The notes beneath the pieces are model-generated. The model did no database searches, was not told where the DNA came from, and saw only the letters and a list, made by a program, of their open reading frames with translations. Shown here piece after piece: positions 39,150-64,000 of a stretch of DNA of 64,000 nt. A program made the translations under genes and the position numbers. The stretch covers positions 18,228,001-18,292,000 of the forward strand of contig CM068749.1 in the NCBI GenBank assembly GCA_035084275.1, written 5' to 3'. Source of the stretch: Hydrolagus colliei. Taxonomy: Eukaryota. Numbering within the stretch: position 1 is the first letter of the stretch; each line of letters opens with the position of its first letter.

Positions 39150-39418
39150 AAAGCCCTGTAGGTGGCGTCGTGAGCATGAGGGTGGAAGCCGCCCCGGAAC
39201 CTGTATGAACACAGCAGAGCGCAGGTTAACGCTGTGGCCGTTGTGAGTTGGATGCTGATTCCGGGGCGGTCGGGAGGCGGGGCGGTCGGGGGCGGAGGGA
39301 GGTTACTCGGGGAGACAGCCTGTTGGCGGGAACCTGGCCGTGGAGTCGGCGCCGCCGGACATGGTTATGGCCTTCAAATAAACAGGAGCACCCTAATGCC
39401 GGGTTTAACTTTTTCATG
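39150..39418 (+). promoter_or_regulatory. CDC7: CDC7 CpG promoter and exon 1
   Basis: Several GC boxes (GGGGCGG, ~39263-39298); E2F site TTGGCGGGAA 39323-39332, as expected for a G1/S gene; CTCF-like CCTGTAGGTGGCG 39155-39167; strong donor ATG|GTAAGA at 39418/39419. Confidence 0.75.
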
Positions 39419-39677
39419 GTAAGACGCTCTCTTGGACACACTAGTCACTACATATGGCCCGCTGGACACTGTCGGTTGATCTCGTGCCTTTTTGAAGTTG
39501 TGTGTGTGTGTGTGTGGTACAAAGCTGAGGAGGCAAAGGTTAGGCCATCACCTCGACACAAGGCCCTTCTTATTGCAGGTCACTGCGGCTTCTCCGTTGA
39601 CTTCTCACTCCACTCCCGATGTAAGGTTAGCAGCTTTACTCGAGAAGGGGAGAAATGGCTTCAGGAGAACACGGTTC

Positions 39678-39998
39678 TGGAGCTCCTGCAGCTCCGCGGT
39701 TAGAGCACTCGCCTTACAAGCGTGAGACCAGTGTTCGAATCCAGGCAGGTCAGGGCGAAACCTTGGGCAAGTTTCCTTACTCCACACGCCTAGTAATAAT
39801 CCGTCAAGAGTATATTTTAAAAAATAATAAATTGGTCTCTTCAATCCACTACTGTTTCTGGGAAACTGCTGTGTGCAATTAGCTGCTGCGTTTCACCCAC
39901 AAATATACAGTCAATTCACTTTATAATGTATTCTGTGAAGCGCTTTGAGAGGTCAAGATGACGTGAAAAGCGCTATATCAAATGCAAGAATTATTATT
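39678..39998 (+). mobile_element. Full-length tRNA-derived SINE
   Basis: Same head, body and tail as 38648-38941. Confidence 0.9.
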
Positions 39999-40384
39999 CT
40001 GACAGAGAAATAACGCTAGTTGCCTGTGATGCCAAATTAACACCTGGTCTTCTGTTGGAGGTATCTGCAAAAAAAAACATACCTTTAAAAAAAGAAACAT
40101 TAAAGTCATAAAGTGTAGGAATTGGGAAAGATCTACCGGTAACTGGTCAAATGTTTTTAAAGAAACAAAAAATGTGACGCAAAATGTGACTGGATGACGA
40201 GTTTGATCACTTGAAATAATGTCCTCCCACTATTATTATTTATCTTGGAAAATTGTTGTCAAGGGAGATTGTCTCATTGTCAACACTTTCAAGAATGGTA
40301 ATAATAATAATCCTTACATTTGATATAGCGCTTTGCACATCTTCAAGACATCTCAAAGCACTTCACAGAATGTAAACTGCAATA

Positions 40385-40555
40385 CAGTAAAAGCCAGTAA
40401 AAAACCGGCATCAAAAAAAAGGTCCACATTCGATTAACTGGAATTTATCCGGGAAAATGCATTGAAATTATTCTTTTTTTTTGCGTTTTCGGCCGAATAT
40501 CCAGCAGGCAATTTAACCGGCATTGGCCAGGTGCCGGATAAACAGGTTTTTACTG
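40385..40555. mobile_element. pogo/Tigger-type MITE inserted in a minus-strand SINE (~40299-40655)
   Basis: TIRs CAGTAAAAGCC...GGTTTTTACTG with TA TSD; SINE sequence resumes on both sides. Confidence 0.85.
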
Positions 40556-40969
40556 TACTGTAAAGTGAATTGATTATATACACATGGGTGAAACGTGGCA
40601 GCCAATTGTGCACAGCAGTCGTCCCACAAACAGTCGCAGATTGAATTGACTAGTTATTGTTTTTTTTCTTAAGGGATAAGATCAGAAATTCCTTCACTTT
40701 CTCGGATATTACGAAGCAAGACCAATCTTTTTTAAAAATCCTGTAGGCAAACATTGAGTGCTGCTACACAAATAACCAATCAAGTTAGTATTTTATATTT
40801 AGCTGAATTCAACAATGATCTCCATGATCAGAAACAATAACGGAACAGAGAATTCCCCAGGGCCAATGTTAATGTTGGAATAGGGGGAGGAGGGAGAGAA
40901 ATCACTATGCTGAAGTTGGTGGGTGTTAAAGATAAATAATAGTAATAATAATACCAGTACTTGCATTTG

Positions 40970-41407
40970 TAATAATAATAATCCTTGCATTCCATGTAGT
41001 GTCTTATCACTTCGTACTTACCTTTCAAAACACATCACAGCATTGCCTTACTCCCTCCCTTGCTTTCTTCAAGGCCAGTGTCAAGACCTTTTCCTCATCC
41101 CAGCCCTGCCCCCCCCCCCCCCCCCCACCCATCCATGCGCGGTGGCCCCTGACTGTTGAGGGCCTTGGGACACCCTGCCAACGTGAAAGGCACTTTATAA
41201 ATGTAATTTTGTTCTTGGATGTTGTACAGTGGATTTTGTGGGTGAAACATGGCAGCCAATGGTGCACAGCACTATCCCACAAACACAAAATCCTACATTC
41301 ATGGATTGAATAACCAATTTTTTTTTAACCCCAGAAAATGATCCGGGAATCAACACCGCTAGTTAAACAGAAGGTGAGTGCACTAACCGCTACACCACAG
41401 AATTCCA
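40970..41407 (-). mobile_element. Minus-strand SINE interrupted by a plus-strand L2 3' fragment (~41041-41215)
   Basis: SINE tail at 40970-41040 and body/head at 41220-41407; between them an L2 end with a poly-C tract and the gggacaccctgccaacgtgaaaggcact tail. Confidence 0.75.
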
Positions 41408-43862
41408 TGAAATATATTTCATTTGGTACCTTTCACATCTAAAGTGCTTCACAGTAACTAAAATATAGTGACTTATGTAGCTGAAATTGATTTTTCACAG
41501 GCGGTTTTGTACGCATACTGACTCACATTTCCCTAGAAAAAACACAGTCACTAGACTTTGAACAAATAATAATACATGCAATCGTTCCTGATTGTTTTAT
41601 TAATTTAGACTAAGTGGTCATGTGTATCCAAATATTGTATTTGGATAAAAGTCCTAGCATAATTCGAAGGTGATAATTCAAACCATTATGTAGGATTAGA
41701 CAGTTAACATTAAACTTTGGCTGGGAATTCCTGCATACTTGCTGGCACAGTACTTTTCCAGGTTTGGCTGTTCCAGATCAGCTCCCAGATGTCCCCAACG
41801 TTAAACTTAATGGACCCATTTGGCACAACTACTTCCTCTCTTAACAGATTTAACCAGATCGATCTAATGCAGGAGGAGGCAGGTCCCGTTTGTATTAAAT
41901 GGGTTTGTTGCTTCAGGACAAATATATATTGTGCCTAAGATTTTTTTCCTCTCTATCTAGGGGAATACTTTGTTTAAGTTTGCTGCTTTGTGTATTTTTT
42001 TATATATATATAACATCTGCATATGATATAACTAGTATCAAATGTATTTTTGGCGGGCCTCCAAAATCCCTTTGGGCTTTTCTGTGACTCCAGATTTCAT
42101 TTCATTGTTTTTAAGGAAGGAATTTCATGGATTTCAAGACTCTTGATTGCTTAGATGTGCTGCAGTAGGTGGGATGATCTCATGTAAACCTGTAAAGTTT
42201 GTGTGGTGCAGTAAATGGGAAAACAATTGTTCCACTTCTCAAACCTGGACTTGATTCCAGCCAAGACCAACGGGGTAAACATTTTTTTCTCTCAAATGGT
42301 GCTGTGTGAAATGAGTTCTGGCTGTTTCAACCAAGTCCTAGTGGTTGTGGATTCTGAGCACAAACTTCCCTAATTTAGCACTTGTTGGCAATCTCACTAA
42401 AAACAGGACCAAGTACATCTCTTATGGGAAATGGAAAAATCTCACACTGGTACAGCAGGAGAATTATTCTGAGGCTGGAAAAATGGGGAAAGGGACTTCA
42501 TCCTGACTGCACTTCACCGAGTACTTGTGCTGTGGGAAAACACACGTCCAAAGCTATCTTTTTCCTTGACCACAGAAGTTCAACTTTTTTAATTAAAAAA
42601 AACAATCTGACTCCTCCCCAAACTGTTTTTATTTGGTTCTGGTAGATGTTTCAACGTAATGTGTTTTCAATTCATACTGTTAGCCATGACAGATTTTTTT
42701 TAAGTACGCCTGCAGTTAATATAAGACTTGACCGGAACTTTGTGGCATACCACCACTCCTTATAACACAAATTACTAACAGCCCTAATGAAAATGTCTTG
42801 ATCCAAGCAGTGGCCTCTCTTGATGAGCTAGATATGCGTTATTTTGGTTCAATGGTGAAAAATTATCTTTAATTTTTTTAAAGTAAATATGATTAATATC
42901 TAATCTATGTGGTACTGACTTGATTGCAAATGTGTAACTATGCCCAAACAAAGGCCAGACATCACATTTGTATTCATTATTGTGTTTTTTAAACTTGGGC
43001 GAAAGGGTAACTTTTTTATGCCTGTTAAGCCAAAAGTAGTAAATGTGTGTGTTTTAGTGATGCTGTATTTGTTGCGGAAAAATTATTGTTTCCAGATTTA
43101 GGAAATATGTAGACATTGTTTAATAGTATACTATAGCTTAGCCCAAATGTATTAATTCTTAGATTTTCAAAATTTCTTTAAGATGAAAAAAGGCTAATGT
43201 TCTACCGAATCAACAAGCATTGGAAGTATTAATCATTTGTACGGTATTTCTTTTTTTACACTGTTACACAAATTCACAATTTTACAGTAATACAACATGG
43301 ATTCTAGATATAACTGTATAGCTGTTGGATGGTACCATGATTGGACTTGGTTATGATGCCCCTGCCAATATTCGCTGTGAAGCTTATGCAAGATTAATGG
43401 AAACTTATAATGCGGTTACTGGAGATTTCATGTTGCCTGTAGAACCGTACTCTGGTGGATGGTAACAAAAAAGTTAAATGCTTTCAGGGGGCGGGTAAAT
43501 TGAACGGGGGAAACTGAAGTACTAAAGCTGTCAAAAAGGGAGGATTTATTTGTCTCAATAAGATAAAACATTGTGTTGCAATGTTCTCAAGAGTTGAGAG
43601 ATCCCTGGCAGTGTTGAAGACTATTTTTTGATCAAGCCTGACAGCCATAATATGGATTAAGAAGGATGCTGTTATGGAAAATATCTGCAAAGTAAGCTAT
43701 ATGATGTGTACACTTTTCTAATATTGTAGATTTTGGACATCAAATTATCTTCTCAGAAAATAATGTTGCGGCTTGGAGAAGAAGTAAATTTTCTGCATGG
43801 AGCTTTCAACCATGGACGTTAGAAAGAGAGATGACGAGGCCACCACCAAATCAAGTACATTT

Positions 43863-44292
43863 GTGGAGTCCTGTAGCTCAGTGATTAGAGCACTCGCCTC
43901 ACAAGCGAGAATTCATTTGAATTCCCGAAAGGGCATAATATTGGGCAAGTTTCCTTAATCCACACGCTTCTGTATACAGTAAGTAGGAACCCGGTTGTTA
44001 GTCGATTTGCAGATCACGTTTTCAGGGGTAATAATTCCTTTTTTTTTAAATCAATCACTCAATCCACAACTGTTTATAGGATACTGTTGTGCGCAATCAA
44101 CTACAAGAAAATTTCATTTATACATGTCGGGAGGACATTCCAGGCCGCTGAACAGTCAGAGGTTGGGACCGTATTTTCACCATGTTTTGCCCACACATAT
44201 ATGCAGTCAACTCACTTTACAGTATATTTTGTGAAGCACTTTGAGATGTCTAGACAACGTGAAAAGCACTATATGAAATGCAAGGATTATTA
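43863..44292 (+). mobile_element. tRNA-derived SINE with internal insertions
   Basis: Head gtggagtcctgtagctcagtgattagagcactcgcc; tail gaaatgcaaggattattat. Confidence 0.85.
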
Positions 44293-44459
44293 TATATAAA
44301 CACAGAATGGTTTGAGGCAAATTTGTTTTAATAACATGAAATAAGGCGATTTAAAAAACAATTGAGAGGAATTCCAGTCGGATATATGCCAGTCAGAACA
44401 ATCTTGAGAGATGATGTGCATCCTAAGAAGAGCACAATTTTGTTTCAAATTGAAAACTT

Positions 44460-44765
44460 CCCACGTCCTCTCCCGCACCAAGCTTCATGCCCCTATCACC
44501 CGCAATCTGTCCCGAATCCGCTGGCTTCCCATTACTCAGAGGATTCAATTCGAGATCTTGGTCCTCACCTTTAAAGCCCTCCATGATCTTGCTACACCCT
44601 ACCTCTGCGACCTCCTGAGACCCACCTCTGCGACCTAAGCCCCTACCAACCTGTCCACTCCCTCCGCTCAGGCTCCAGGCTGGTCCATGTTCCCTGACCC
44701 TTCCGTCCCAACATCAGTGGGCGAGCCTGCCCCCTTCCTTTGGAATCCCTCCGCCTTTGTGCCCA
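44460..44765 (+). mobile_element. L2 ORF2 C-terminal fragment
   Basis: [52 protein letters not shown] is typical of the L2 ORF2 end. Confidence 0.88.
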
Positions 44766-46492
44766 AACAGATGGTTTTGTAATCATGCCTAACGGTTAAT
44801 CAGCGTTGCAATGGCAGAGGCTTGGAGGCAGGTAATCTGTCCTCGGCTGAGCACTGATTGTGCTGATGAACATTAAAAAACACAGTGTTATCAGTGAGTG
44901 GTGGAATGCTCACTGGGTTAGCATATTATTCTTTCAACTTTGGAATGTGGAGTAGAATTCAGCCAAGGGTGATGGAACGAAAGTCTCAGTTTTCTCAGTT
45001 GGAACAAAATGTATTCGGTTGGTATCATCTCCCCAAATTGCCAGTGGCAACCAGAAAGACCAAAAAGGAAATATTGTATAAAATGTAATTCCTGCAAATC
45101 CAGTAGGAGGAGCTCTGGAGTTGGAGCAGATGACTGAGGCAGCAAAGATAGATTTAATCTGTATATTGTTTTATCTGCATTGGAAATATTGAATTGTAGG
45201 TAAAATTGTGCTATCTCTCGCTTCTAATCAGGGTCAGGTTAAACTGTCTTTCATATTTCCAGTTGTATACCACCTGCAAGATGTACTGGGCTGTGCTCAA
45301 ATTTTCATCTTTAAAGATTCTACTGTAAGACAAGCCAAATGTTTAGATAGATTATTCTGTTCTTAGAAAAATATGCCTGCTGTATCTTTCAGACAGGTTG
45401 AATGACCATCAGCTCACTCTATTTACAATCTATTCTATTTACTCTGCATTGGAAACAACAGGAAATAAAACAGATTATATTTCAGAGAGTCCAGCTGCTA
45501 CAGCACTGAGTCTCTAGGGTAGCCAAGTTCAACTCCCAGTCTCAACTGACCACTGTATTTCAGTTTCCCTCTATGGACCAGTTTGTCCTTTGCCGCCAGG
45601 CCATCTGCGGAAGAGGGAAATGGGTACAGAAGGATGAATTTCAGAACTGCTCGTGGCCAGAAAATTTCCTCGGTGCAGGTCACAGGGAGTAACTCATGAG
45701 TTGAGTTTTGCAGTCTATAGAGAGTGAATCGTGAATTCAGTTTAAATGTAATCCCTTTTCCTCCTGCCCAAGAGAATTGGTGCTTCAGAAATGTGCTAAA
45801 TTAACTGAGTATCAAGGATGACCAGAATGTTTTGTTGGGAGGTAACCTGGATGCAGTAGAATCCATGATGCATTATCTCTCTAATAGGACCAGATCGATG
45901 TTTGTGTTCTTTTTTGCATCCTATTTAATTTTCCTTCAATTAACCACAATATAGATAGAAATCATGCTCTCGTGAAGGCACTGTACTGTAAACTACTTAA
46001 TTAATGTGCCACCGAAAGTATTGCTAAAATAAATGTTTTTGAATGTCTTTGTATTGCTTTCAGAATGATAGTTTTAAAAGTAATTGGGAATGAAGAAGGC
46101 ATCAGGCAATGGTCCATTAAGATTCCTGTGCTATGAGAGTCTCTTAGGCTGTAATTCTAGCAATGCTGTACCAATACAAAACATGCATTGTGCCAGAGAA
46201 TAAAACTGATTTCTCATTCCCAGAAACTGCTTTTCATTTACAGCAAAGAAAACTACAACAAAATCACATCTATACTCAACAGTATAGTGCTTTTCACGTT
46301 CTGAATAATCTGCAACTTCTGGAGAGGGAAATGTTGAAGTCCAGTGAGCAGGGAATTAACGTAGTTCAGCCTAGATGTAATGAATGTGCAAACCAAAAAT
46401 AGAGTATTATATTGAGCTAAATAAATAAACCCATTCCATGTTTACCTTTAGTTTTTACTGTAAACTTTATGTTCTTTTTACAGAAAAATACC

Positions 46493-61199
<14,707 letters not shown>

Positions 61200-62644
61200 T
61201 TCAAATTGAGTATATTGAATGCTGCAAACATCACACGTGGGGAATAACAAGAATATGGCTAATGCAGCCAGCCGATGTCTAATTTAGTCAAAACAAACGG
61301 CTGATTGTTCAAAATATTTTACCCAAGAGAGCAATTTGCTTTGTATTTATTAATATACCACGTCTCAATTCGTCCATTGTGCAAATCATGGATGATTTAT
61401 ATGTTCAGGACCCAGTCATCATCTAACCCTTTGAACAGGAGCTTCCAGCCGTTTTGAGAATTTTACTGTTTTTAATCAAACTTGTGCATCGAGAGGTTTA
61501 TTATATGTACTTTTGTTTAAAAATATATATATTTTTTATAAACCAGCTTTATTTCCTTCCATCTGCTGAACAATTCCTCAACATGTGAACTTATTTGCTC
61601 AATACTACCCAACCACAGGAGGTGTATAAGAGGAACCTGGATAGAATTGCTCTTTGTTTCTTCTCCCTCCTTCCTTCTCCTGTATAAGAAAGTCTGCCTT
61701 GCAACACATCGGCAGCTCACCTTGTGCCTTCTCGGTGCACTGGAGCACCAATGTATTAAGCTATCCAGTTTCCTCCTTTAAAACGCACAACTGCCATTGG
61801 TTCTATGTATCTGCTGCCAATACTATAGCTCAGTCAGAGGCAGTTGATTTGAGTAGTATCAAGCTCATTTTAATAGGAAACCTTTTTTTAAATGTCTTGG
61901 AAAAGTATTAAATGGCAGCAATAGTGATGTATAATGCACATACAGTACAAACCGCCTGGTGAACAGTTTAGCAGCTAGTGACAGCAGTTGTGATTTGCAG
62001 GAGGAACAAAATCTGAATACAATTAAAGAACTATAATTCAGTACAGATCTGTGAACTCGGATCTCAGGGTTACTCTGCAGATGTTCATGAAATGACTTTA
62101 TAGATACTGTATATATTGTTATTGTTACATTGTCCATTGTTTTGATTTTTATATTCAATTAGGAAATTTAATTGTGAAACTATGCGCAGTAAACATTTAT
62201 ATTGAACGTGTCTTTAGATGAAAGTGGTTTCAATATATGGTTTCTCTAAATTGACTGCAATCAGATTCTACCGACAGCAGGAATTCTCAGCTGTACATAA
62301 AATTTGTGAGTTTGACAGTAGGATATTTTGCTAATTATTTTTTTCAGGTACAGTTCTGTAATTGGGATTTCAGGAAACATTTAGAACCACAAACTTTGTA
62401 CAGGAAAGTGATTGTAAATCACTTTTAGTTTGTTTTGGGGGAAAAAACACGGTGCTTTACCTGAATTAACCACTGCCAATTACCATGCCATTTCTGACCT
62501 GTATTTGCTTTGTATTTTGTAAAATGGGTTAATGGGCTATGTTTCATAACAGTTTGTACATCTTCCAGTCACTGACTTGATTTCCGTTATTTTGTTGGAT
62601 CCGTTTTTTGTTTCAAAAACACTGCTGTTCATTTGAAAATGGTA

Positions 62645-62701
62645 AATAAAAGAAAATACTGGAAAATATTCGTTTTGTTCAACATCTGTTCGGTGAATAA
62701 A
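62645..62701 (+). terminator. CDC7: Candidate CDC7 polyadenylation signals
   Basis: AATAAA at 62645-62650 and 62696-62701, the second followed by a GT-rich tract; implies a ~1.5 kb 3' UTR. Confidence 0.45.
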
Positions 62702-63204
62702 GTCCCCAAATTAAATATGTTTTGGTGTGAATTTCACATCTACAAAGATAGCTGCTGTTTTTCCATGGTTTTACCAGTGTTGGAAAATTACCCTGTAAAA
62801 GTACCAATATTCTGGAAATATATTCTTCACTAGCTAGCATATTCATTAACAGCTGTTGTAGTGGTTGTTTCACTTTTCAGAAAGGCAAGTTAGCAGTGTA
62901 ATGCACTCTGGAGCTAGCATTAATATAATCTGAATTTCTCTTGCAAATTGAATGTGGTCAAGCTATGGTTGTTCAGTAGGTGCTGGTAAAGTGCATATTT
63001 AATTTTACCGGGAAATGGAAAAATGGGCATAACTTCGACCTTACTATATTTTGCAGTCAGCAGCAGAATAGAGGGCACATCACTCTGTGTTTGGATTTTG
63101 ATACGGACTGTGGGTGAAAAACGTTATTGCAATGATGGGAGATTTCCTGTGAACACTAATTAATGCAATTGTTATTTCACGTTGGGAGGATATAGAATCA
63201 TAGA

Positions 63205-63286
63205 ATTTTTATATTCAATTAGGAAATTTAATTGTGAAACTATGCGCAGTAAACATTTATATTGAACGTGTCTTTAGATGAAAGTG
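63205..63286 (+). repeat. 82-bp exact direct copy of 62145-62226
   Basis: atttttatattcaattaggaaatttaattgtgaaactatgcgcagtaaacatttatattgaacgtgtctttagatgaaagtg is identical at both sites, 1060 bp apart. Confidence 0.95.
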
Positions 63287-64000
63287 ATGGGATCAAAGCA
63301 CCTCACAGGATTTTGCTGTCAAGTGGAGTGACTGCGTATTTGTAGTTTTATTTTTTTTCAAAATTTCATCTAATAGCGATTGAGTAAAATCCTGCTGAGT
63401 TGCTACCAATGATTCAGAATAGTACCAGATTGAATTAGTTCCAATGCCAATAATGGTCAGGCTAACTGAAGGCTGCATTATATATCTATTGTTATTCAAT
63501 TGTTTTGAAAACCCCTTTCTTCAGAGGCCACTTATTTAGAACAAAAGACACTGTGGTCATAATTTACTGAAATTGAACAATATGTACAGATTATTCAACG
63601 TAGCAATTCATGGCATTACAATTCCAAAGCGCAGCAACGGACAATTCATGATTATCCACTCTCACTGCAGAGATATGATCTACAAGATCCCAATTAAGGT
63701 TTCCAGATGAAATGGAACTTCAGAACTATCTCCTGTTGTATGCAACTGTTTAATCTACAATGTTGTCTCCTAATGTTGTTAGGAGAAATAACTGCTCCTA
63801 TTTTCACTGTAGCAATATTTTCATACCCGCTGAGGGTACTTTGGAAATGTAATCTTGGCATTTAACTTTCTCAGTGGGAGAGCTAAAGGTAGTGGCTTCA
63901 ATGCTAAATTGAGACAGAAGGGCGTAATAGGAGACAGACACATTGAGCAGATGGGGAAAAAAAACAGCATTTGCATTGGTAAGCCATGTCTGTACTTCCG

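Noticed and set aside
45573-45678. ATG-initiated frame MDQFVLCRQ...ENFLGA ending in a phase-1 GT, a candidate CDC7 first coding exon
   Set aside because: Weak donor (gtcaca), repeat-like context and no similarity to CDC7. Exon 46484-46595 has strong splice sites, Kozak context and DRF...NE..LKL similarity to human CDC7.

Overview
This is eukaryotic (vertebrate) genomic DNA, AT-rich and intron-rich. The repeat content (tRNA-headed SINEs with LINE2-type tails, L2/CR1 fragments, Deu-SINE-like elements, a shark-type Penelope end) suggests a cartilaginous fish, probably a chimaera/elephant shark (inference). Two complete + strand genes were reconstructed by hand from splice sites and reading-frame phase. 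HFM1/MER3 meiotic DExH helicase has a non-coding exon 1 at ~12.55-12.79 kb and 38 coding exons at 13388-37911 (~1450 aa). CDC7 kinase has a CpG promoter/exon 1 at ~39.15-39.42 kb and 11 coding exons at 46493-61199 (~574 aa). The window starts in the CpG promoter/first exon of a minus-strand gene, possibly ZNF644 by synteny. Notable points: a U12-type intron in HFM1, HFM1 oriented opposite to the human arrangement, a germline-type HFM1 promoter, uORFs in the CDC7 leader, a palindromic Tigger/pogo MITE carrying Jerky/TIGD2-like transposase starts, a decayed Penelope hammerhead, and several duplications and hairpins. I found no clearly new biological system. Most ORFs in the supplied track are spurious or repeat-derived.
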